Notes under the pieces: model-generated
What the model was told of the DNA's origin: nothing
Database searches by the model: none
What the model saw: the letters and a program-made list of their open reading frames with translations, nothing else
Assembly: GCA_030673645.1 (NCBI GenBank)
Contig: DAOVIO010000003.1
Location: forward strand, 2,779 to 66,778
Reading direction: 5' to 3'
DNA: 64,000 nt
Origin: Bacteroidales bacterium
GTDB taxonomy: Bacteria > Bacteroidota > Bacteroidia > Bacteroidales > GCA-2748055
Shown here: positions 57,460 through 64,000 of the stretch, piece after piece
Layout: each line of letters begins with the position of its first letter
Position numbering within the stretch: the first letter of the stretch is position 1
Position numbers and translations under genes: made by a program

Positions 57460-58623
57460 TTATTTTTCATTAATTGACCTAAGAAAATCATTGCGCTTTC
57501 CCTTAAAAAGTTCAAAATTCAGATACTTACATTTTATCTGACCATTTAATAAATCTTTTTTCATCCCCGGTTTTAATCCAAAATGCTTTAATCCTTCAAG
57601 GTTTGAGCTTAATACCCAGGCATTATAACCCTGATATGATTTTTTCAATTTATCTCCAATCTTTTTATAAAATTCTGACAACCTTGCAATGGATATTCTT
57701 TCTCCATAAGGTGGATTTATTATAAGGATCCCAGTATCAGAACCACCTTCAGTTTCAAAAAAATCCTTTTTTTCCAGAATAATAATATCATCAAGCTGTG
57801 CATTCTTTATATTCACCTCTGCAACCTCTATTGCTTCAGCAGATATGTCTGAAGCAAGAATCTTATGCTTGAATTCCTTACTTTTCATTTCATTTTCCAC
57901 AATCTTTAGGTATAATTCTTCATCATAATTATACCAATTCTGAAATGCAAAAGATTTTCTAAAAACACCTGGAGGAATATTTTTAGCAATCATTGCTGCT
58001 TCAACAGACAGAGTTCCTGAACCACACATAGGATCAACAAAATCGCTTTCTCCATCCCACCCGGAAATTTTAATCATTCCAGCAGCCAATACTTCATTTA
58101 GCGGTGCCAGAGAACCTGAAAGCCTGTATCCTCTTTTAAACAATGGAGTTCCAGAAGCATCAAGCGAAATATCTACATTGCCCTGATGAATATGAACATT
58201 AATTACGACCATTGGATTTTCAATATCAACATCTGGTCGAATTCCTGTTTTTTCTCTAAATCGGTCTACTATTGCATCTTTAACTCTCAGAGATACAAAA
58301 AGACTATTATTAAAAAAGGGAGTGTTGACTACTGAATTAACTGCTATTGTTTTACTCGATGAAAAGTACTCTTCCCATGGAACAGAAAAAACTCCATCAT
58401 AAAGATCCTGTTCCGTTTTCAACTTGATATATTTCACCTTCCATAGGACACGAATAGCAGTCCGTAAGCTATAATTCATCTTGTATAATAGGGCTATACC
58501 TCCCCGAAAAGAAACTGCCCGGTGGAATATGCTTATATTTTCTCCTCCTTTAGATTCAATTTCTTCAGCAAGAATACTCTCGAGTCCAAATAAAGTAGTA
58601 GCAACAAAAGTATATTTTAACAT
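57460..58623 (-). CDS. THUMP domain-containing class I SAM-dependent RNA methyltransferase (RlmL/COG0116-like)
   Basis: THUMP N-terminal domain, DPMCGSGTL SAM motif and NPPYGER catalytic motif. Confidence 0.85.
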   Translation of the reverse strand: MLKYTFVATTLFGLESILAEEIESKGGENISIFHRAVSFRGGIALLYKMNYSLRTAIRVLWKVKYIKLKTEQDLYDGVFSVPWEEYFSSSKTIAVNSVVNTPFFNNSLFVSLRVKDAIVDRFREKTGIRPDVDIENPMVVINVHIHQGNVDISLDASGTPLFKRGYRLSGSLAPLNEVLAAGMIKISGWDGESDFVDPMCGSGTLSVEAAMIAKNIPPGVFRKSFAFQNWYNYDEELYLKIVENEMKSKEFKHKILASDISAEAIEVAEVNIKNAQLDDIIILEKKDFFETEGGSDTGILIINPPYGERISIARLSEFYKKIGDKLKKSYQGYNAWVLSSNLEGLKHFGLKPGMKKDLLNGQIKCKYLNFELFKGKRNDFLRSINEK

Positions 58624-58767
58624 AGGTTTAATTTAATTCTGTAAAATACCAGATCAAAACTCAAATCTGGATTCGAAAGGGATAAATTTAAGCTGTGCTT
58701 TCAAAACTAAAAATAAATAAAGTATAATTTGTCAAAAAGCACAGCTTTTTGATTTCTTTTTTGGAAC

Positions 58768-59337
58768 TTAACTTCCTCGAAATTGATTGATATTGATTCC
58801 TTCAAGCTTAAAAAAAGATTCAACCGCTTCAATTGCATTTTTGAATCTAAGCTCATCTTTTCCTCTAACTATTTTAAAAGTGATGTTTTGCTTCTTTAAT
58901 TCTTCCAAATAAATATTATATAACTCAATTCTCCTTTCTCCACCATTTTCCCTAACTTCATCCTTAACCCATTCAATATCAGGCGCACATATCAAATATA
59001 AATCCATTTTATAATCCTGAATAGCCTGGCGTAACCATTTTGGACTGCGACCAAATACTTCCTGAAACCAAACTTTAGTTATAATCAGCCAGGTATCAAA
59101 AAACAATAATTTAGGATATTCAGTATTGGCCTGAATAAATGATTCTATCTGAATAGTAGCTATATGTTCAATGTCTTCATATTTATATTCCCTGTTCAAA
59201 TTTAGAATATATTCTCTGGCATATTCTGGGATTTGAAATCCATGAAAATATTTTGAGAGTTGACTGGAAATTATAGTTTTACCAGTTGACTCAGGTCCTG
59301 TTATTGCAATATTTATATTTTTAAGTCTTTTCTCCAT
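58768..59337 (-). CDS. NadR-type ribosylnicotinamide kinase-like AAA ATPase
   Basis: P-loop ITGPESTGKT and PEYAREY. The gene overlaps pnuC and lies directly downstream of it. Confidence 0.7.
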   Translation of the reverse strand: MEKRLKNINIAITGPESTGKTIISSQLSKYFHGFQIPEYAREYILNLNREYKYEDIEHIATIQIESFIQANTEYPKLLFFDTWLIITKVWFQEVFGRSPKWLRQAIQDYKMDLYLICAPDIEWVKDEVRENGGERRIELYNIYLEELKKQNITFKIVRGKDELRFKNAIEAVESFFKLEGININQFRGS

Positions 59338-59903
59338 TCGAAATAACCTACTATTGCTACGGTTGAATAAACAAAAAATAATATAACAGTTGGAAATAAG
59401 CCTTTGTAAATATATATTCCCATCGAAATTAAATCAATTACGACCCAAAACAACCAGTTTTCTAATATTTTTCTTGCAAGCATCCACATAGCAACAATGC
59501 TTGCTGAAGTTGTAAACGCGTCCCACCAGGGAAGCGTCGATCCTGTAAAGTTAATGAGAATATATCCCGAAATTATAGTCAGGATAAATGTTACAAATAA
59601 AAGTACAGACAACATCCTAAAATTCAATCTGCTAACCTTCAATTTCTTTTCCTTGGTTTCAGATTTAGAACCGCCGGAAACCCAAAAATACCAACCATAG
59701 AGAGAAATAAAGAAATAATAAACTTGCAGACTCATGTCAGCAAATAGGCGGGAGTCATAAAATACATAAACATAAAGTAGTGACGTGAGAATCCCGAGTG
59801 GCCAAAGCCAAATTAATTGTTTGACACTAAAATACAAGTAAACAAGTCCCGCAATTGCTCCCAGGATTTCAATAATATTTTCCTCAAGCCAAAGATGAAT
59901 CAT
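59313..59903 (-). CDS. pnuC: nicotinamide riboside transporter PnuC
   Basis: Seven-TM protein with the AGLVYLYFSVKQLIWLWPLGI and W-rich motifs typical of PnuC. Confidence 0.85.
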   Translation of the reverse strand: MIHLWLEENIIEILGAIAGLVYLYFSVKQLIWLWPLGILTSLLYVYVFYDSRLFADMSLQVYYFFISLYGWYFWVSGGSKSETKEKKLKVSRLNFRMLSVLLFVTFILTIISGYILINFTGSTLPWWDAFTTSASIVAMWMLARKILENWLFWVVIDLISMGIYIYKGLFPTVILFFVYSTVAIVGYFEWRKDLKI

Positions 59904-59960
59904 GTTTATTTTAAAGGGTTGCTGGTTTAACTCCTTTCAGTCGTTGAGCTCGCTGCGCTC

Positions 59961-59982
59961 GGTTCTGGTTCTGGTTGTTTGG
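59961..59982 (+). repeat. hexamer repeat GGTTCT GGTTCT GGTTGT TTGG (CCAGAA repeats on the minus-strand transcript)
   Basis: Read directly. It lies in the ctp-pnuC spacer next to a locally GC-rich segment (GAGCTCGCTGCGCTCGG). Confidence 0.6.
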
Positions 59983-60016
59983 AATATAAGAAGGTTCCTA
60001 TATCCACAACTGGCAC

Positions 60017-61609
60017 CTATTCACTGGTTTTCAATTTTGCCTCATACAGCGCTGCATTATTACTAATTTCTTTGGCTTTAAGAAAAATTGGATCAACCTC
60101 ATTATATATCCGATAAAATTCTGATGTATTCCACAAATCACGTGCAATATAGGCTCTTGCAAGAATATATATTCTTTCTTTACTCTTTTCATAATCTTCC
60201 TGCACATATTCCAGTCCTTCCTTTTCAGCATATTTAATAAGTTGGTTCATCAATTCAGTCATCCCATTAAATTCCTTTTGGAAGACTTCAATATCCGGAT
60301 ATTCTTGTTCTAAATCTTTTCTATTCTTATCTACATAACTTAAAATGAAAGAATTAAGAATTCCTCTGCTTATGAGTTTTCTGTAATAATCACTATTTAC
60401 AGAAGTATCAATGCTCACGAAATAGTCAGGAGAGATCCCTCCTCCTCCATAAACAATTCGTTTCTTTACCAAAGTTCGGTATTTTAAAGAATCGGGGAAA
60501 TCGATTTCTTCATCACCACTTAATTCACCTGAATTATAACGATTTAACAAATCCTTTGAATATTCGTCATATCCGGTTTCATATGGTTTTTGTATTAATC
60601 GACCTGAGGGAGTATAATATTTTGCAACTGTCAGTCTTAATTCAGAACCATCGTGTAATTCAAAACGCCCCTGTACAAGGCCCTTGCCAAATGATCTACG
60701 TCCAACAATTACAGCCCTGTCCCAATCCTGTAATGCCCCAGCAACTATCTCAGAAGCTGATGCAGAAGTCTCATCAATCATTACAACGATACCACCATTT
60801 ATAAAATCACCTGAATTTGTTGAATAAAAATCTCTTCTGGGATTTTGAACACCTTCTGTATAAACGATTTTTCTTCTTCCTTCCAAAAACTGATCTGCCA
60901 GATCAACTGCTGAAAACAGATACCCTCCACCATTACCACTTAAATCAAGGATTAAATCCTGCATACCTTCTTGCTTAAGCTCCTTAACTGCCTTAATGAA
61001 TTCATTACTTGTAGTAGTAGAGAATCTGGATAATTTAACGTAACCAGTATTATTATCAATCATATAAGAGGCATCAAGGCTAAATAATGGGATTTTATCT
61101 CGAGTGATTGTAAAATCAAGAAGCTCGCTAACATGTCTCCTCAAAATAGAAATATTAACTTTTGTATTTTTAGGCCCCTTCAGTTTTTTCTGCACATCAA
61201 TATTGGCAATTCCTGTTCCTGCAACATTCTCACCTTCAATAAAAATAATTCTGTCACCCGGACGAATCCCAACCTTTTCTGAGGGACCACCTGAAATGGG
61301 ATTAATAATGAAAATAGTGTCTCTCAATATATTAAATGATACACCTATTCCTTCAAATCCGCCATCCAACTGTTCTTGAGAAGCCGATACTTCATCTCTT
61401 CTGAGATATGCAGAATGCGGATCGAGATCGTGAAGCATGTTAGAAATTACTTCATCCAATATTTTTGTCTCATTAATTGTATCGACATAATATCGAGAAA
61501 TTTTACTTAAAACCTCGCCAAATTTTAATGATTCGGATGATATCTGTGAATTAACATACTTTGACACAAATAGTGACAATATGATAAATAAAAATATTTT
61601 TTTCTTCAT
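60017..61609 (-). CDS. ctp: S41 family C-terminal processing peptidase
   Basis: PDZ domain (GIRPGDRII), catalytic Ser in DETSASASEIVAGALQD and Lys in GKGLVQ. The track ORF extends to 61663; the signal-peptide start is at 61609. Confidence 0.85.
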   Translation of the reverse strand: MKKKIFLFIILSLFVSKYVNSQISSESLKFGEVLSKISRYYVDTINETKILDEVISNMLHDLDPHSAYLRRDEVSASQEQLDGGFEGIGVSFNILRDTIFIINPISGGPSEKVGIRPGDRIIFIEGENVAGTGIANIDVQKKLKGPKNTKVNISILRRHVSELLDFTITRDKIPLFSLDASYMIDNNTGYVKLSRFSTTTSNEFIKAVKELKQEGMQDLILDLSGNGGGYLFSAVDLADQFLEGRRKIVYTEGVQNPRRDFYSTNSGDFINGGIVVMIDETSASASEIVAGALQDWDRAVIVGRRSFGKGLVQGRFELHDGSELRLTVAKYYTPSGRLIQKPYETGYDEYSKDLLNRYNSGELSGDEEIDFPDSLKYRTLVKKRIVYGGGGISPDYFVSIDTSVNSDYYRKLISRGILNSFILSYVDKNRKDLEQEYPDIEVFQKEFNGMTELMNQLIKYAEKEGLEYVQEDYEKSKERIYILARAYIARDLWNTSEFYRIYNEVDPIFLKAKEISNNAALYEAKLKTSE

Positions 61610-61739
61610 AAGTATAAAATTAACTTTTCCACTCACTTTAGTTGATTTTCTAAAAAAATTCAAATTCAGAACTTAATTACAACAATAATATTTGTTCAAA
61701 AAACGAGCCAATAAAAGAACAAGTCAAATGCTAATTTGT

Positions 61740-63269
61740 TTATTCCCACTCAATAGTGGCCGGTGGTTTTGAGCTGATGTCGTAAACAACCCTGTTTATA
61801 CCTTTTACTTTATTAATAATTTCGCTGGAAACTTTACTTAAAAAATCATAGGGTAAATGTGTCCAATCCGCTGTCATTCCATCTGTAGATCCAACAGCCC
61901 TGAGGGCAACAACATTTTCATATGTTCGTTCATCACCCATTACACCCACCGATTGAACTGGTAGTAAGATTGTTGCTGCTTGCCAAACTTTATCATACAG
62001 ATCGAATTCTTTTAACCCACTTATATAAATGTCATCTGCGTCCTGTAATATTCTAACTTTTTCACTTGTTACCTCCCCAAGTATTCTAATTCCAAGTCCG
62101 GGACCTGGAAATGGATGTCTGCCAAGTAAAGAATGCTTCAAATTCATAGCTTTCCCTACTCTTCTAACTTCATCTTTAAATAATAACCTCAATGGTTCAA
62201 TAATTTTGAGATTCATTTTCTCTGGGAGTCCACCTACATTATGATGTGACTTAATTGTTGCCGAAGGACCATTAACTGAGACTGATTCAATTACATCGGG
62301 ATAAATTGTTCCTTGTCCCAACCATTTAACATCTGGAATTTTAAGAGCCTCTTTTTCAAATACTTCGATGAAATTCTTTCCAATACTTTTGCGCTTTTGC
62401 TCCGGCTCTTCAACTCCTTTTAAGTCATTCATGAACTTTTGCCTGGCATCGACACCAATTACATTCAAACCCATATTTTTATAAGAATCCAAAACACTTT
62501 CAAACTCATTCTTCCTTAAAAGACCATTATCCACAAAAATGCAATACAACTGATCACCAATAGCCCTATTCAATAATATAGCAGCAACCGATGAGTCAAC
62601 TCCTCCGGAAAGACCAAGTACAACATTATCCTTACCAACTTTTTCTTTAAGTTCTGCAATTGTAGTTTCTACAAAAGAGTCAGGAGTCCAATTGGCTTTA
62701 CAATTGCATACTTCTGATAAGAAATTTTGTAAGATTTTACTTCCTTCTGTAGTGTGATATACTTCAGGATGAAATTGTAATCCGAAAGTTGGTTCACCTT
62801 CAATCGCAAAAGCTCCAACCCGAATATCTTCAGTACTGGAAATGACTTTATAACTTTCCGGTAATGACATTATTGTATCGCCATGCGACATCCATACCTG
62901 TGTTTTCTCTGACAGTCCTTTTAACAAAGGATTCTCTTGATCAATAAAATCGAGAAATGCGCGGCCATACTCACGAGAATTAGCTGGCAAAACTTCTCCT
63001 CCATATTTCTGGGCTAGAAATTGAGCTCCATAGCATATTCCTAAGATAGGAATTCTGGTTTTAAACCTGTCAATATCAGGAATTGGAGCATCTTCATCTC
63101 TTATGGAATAAGGGCTCCCAGACAAAATAATACCTTTAACATCATCTCCAGGCTCTGGAAAATGATTGTATGGGAAAATTTCACAGTATACATTCAATTC
63201 ACGAATTCTTCTTGCAATTAACTGAGTGTACTGTGACCCAAAATCAAGAATTAAAATTTTCTCTTCCAC
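61740..63269 (-). CDS. guaA: GMP synthase (glutamine-hydrolysing)
   Basis: GATase domain (ILGICYGAQ) and ATP-PPase motif [10 protein letters not shown]. The C-terminal end ATIEWE is typical. Confidence 0.95.
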   Translation of the reverse strand: MEEKILILDFGSQYTQLIARRIRELNVYCEIFPYNHFPEPGDDVKGIILSGSPYSIRDEDAPIPDIDRFKTRIPILGICYGAQFLAQKYGGEVLPANSREYGRAFLDFIDQENPLLKGLSEKTQVWMSHGDTIMSLPESYKVISSTEDIRVGAFAIEGEPTFGLQFHPEVYHTTEGSKILQNFLSEVCNCKANWTPDSFVETTIAELKEKVGKDNVVLGLSGGVDSSVAAILLNRAIGDQLYCIFVDNGLLRKNEFESVLDSYKNMGLNVIGVDARQKFMNDLKGVEEPEQKRKSIGKNFIEVFEKEALKIPDVKWLGQGTIYPDVIESVSVNGPSATIKSHHNVGGLPEKMNLKIIEPLRLLFKDEVRRVGKAMNLKHSLLGRHPFPGPGLGIRILGEVTSEKVRILQDADDIYISGLKEFDLYDKVWQAATILLPVQSVGVMGDERTYENVVALRAVGSTDGMTADWTHLPYDFLSKVSSEIINKVKGINRVVYDISSKPPATIEWE

Positions 63270-63303
63270 TTTATAAGATTTAATAATTCACAAATTTAAC
63301 ATA

Positions 63304-64000
63304 CTAATCTGAAAATCCATCAATAGAATCCTCTCGTATCCTCTTTATCTCAAAATTATCCCCATCCTCAACTATGAATGAATTTTCAAACTCTACTTTA
63401 GCTTCTTGCAACATATTATCCAGATTCTTATAACGAGAGGAAAAATGGCCTAGAAGTAACTTCCCCACTTTAGCCTTTTTAGCAATCATAGCAGCTTGTC
63501 GGGATGTTGAATGCAGGGTTAATGAAGCCAATTTTTCATGAGTATTTTCGAATGTTGATTCATGAAATAATAAATCCACTTCTAAAATCTGATTTGTTAT
63601 TTTTGGATTATATGCAGTATCTGAAATATAGGCATAAGATCTGATTTTCCAGGGCGGTTGAGTAAGGTCATTATTATCAACCCTGCTACCATCTTCAAGA
63701 ATCAGATCATCCCCGTTTTTAATGTTTGCAATCTGTTCAATTCCCGGACTATATAACTCTATAGCTTCTTTTTTAATATTAAGACCCATTGATTTTTCCT
63801 CAAATAGGAATCCCGTTGTTTCTACTCTATGTTTCAATGGGATACTCCATACATTAATATTTTTTCCACTATATATGAGGTTTTTCCTTTTATGTCCGGT
63901 TCTATGAAATATTACTTTGAAATAATTAAGGTAATCCTCTTCTCCTCTATTAAGTTTTAGAATTTCCTCGAGTGCTGCAGGTCCGTAGATATGCAAATCA
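63304..64000 (-). CDS. rnz: ribonuclease Z (partial; 5' end beyond window)
   Basis: ...LHIYGP..., LLFHESTF and LLLGHFSSRY are metallo-beta-lactamase RNase Z C-terminal motifs. The reading frame stays open to the window edge. Confidence 0.8.
   Translation of the reverse strand, partial: DLHIYGPAALEEILKLNRGEEDYLNYFKVIFHRTGHKRKNLIYSGKNINVWSIPLKHRVETTGFLFEEKSMGLNIKKEAIELYSPGIEQIANIKNGDDLILEDGSRVDNNDLTQPPWKIRSYAYISDTAYNPKITNQILEVDLLFHESTFENTHEKLASLTLHSTSRQAAMIAKKAKVGKLLLGHFSSRYKNLDNMLQEAKVEFENSFIVEDGDNFEIKRIREDSIDGFSD

Noticed and set aside
58700-58760. 12-bp inverted repeat AAGCTGTGCTTT...AAAGCACAGCTT downstream of the nadR-like gene
   Set aside because: The loop is about 33 nt and there is no U tract on the sense strand. 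It is probably an imperfect terminator or a chance dyad, with not enough evidence for a riboswitch or sRNA.

Overview
AT-rich chromosomal segment, roughly one third GC by eye, with Bacteroidota hallmarks: a T9SS type-B C-terminal sorting domain, a folP-cdaA pair, a BT_3928/DoxX-like protein, serC-serA-DUF1015, a SiaB/SiaC-like pair and candidate TAnnTTTG -7 boxes. It holds about 50 protein genes, and almost all are housekeeping. Aromatic amino-acid synthesis: aroD (partial), aroB, DAHP synthase/chorismate mutase, pheA. DNA repair and recombination: nth, uvrA, xerD. Central carbon metabolism: tpiA, pckA, ppdK. Ser/Gly metabolism: serC, serA, gcvT. Nucleotide and cofactor metabolism: guaA, tmk, folP, pnuC with a NadR-like kinase, yggS. 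RNA processing and modification: rsmE, a THUMP methyltransferase, rnz (partial). Envelope proteins: an OmpA-family protein, TPR proteins, an S41 protease, a T9SS substrate and a 1492-aa secreted protein. I saw no rRNA, tRNA, CRISPR array, transposase, phage gene or recognisable defence gene, so I cannot point to a clear new multi-gene system. The ORF track misses one edge-truncated gene (aroD, 1..443, minus strand). Items worth a second look: (1) A dispersed family of C-depleted, G/T-rich intergenic tracts with about 8-nt periodicity. They share exact 9- to 12-mers with each other. One pair forms a 22/24 inverted repeat just past the stop codons of uvrA and an ECF sigma gene. (2) An 8-nt tandem duplication of the start region of a DUF6702/T9SS operon, which creates five ATGA-linked 3-codon mini-ORFs. 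(3) A terminator-like hairpin plus a short ORF ending in two Phe codons in the pheA leader. (4) A NifS-SelD fusion protein. (5) Two orphan partner-switching pairs (Hpt+STAS and SiaB+SiaC) flanking an ABCG-type transporter with a long N-terminal regulatory extension. (6) Clustered TTAGTAC motifs and an inverted repeat upstream of pckA. All functional interpretations of non-coding elements are inference from sequence reading only.
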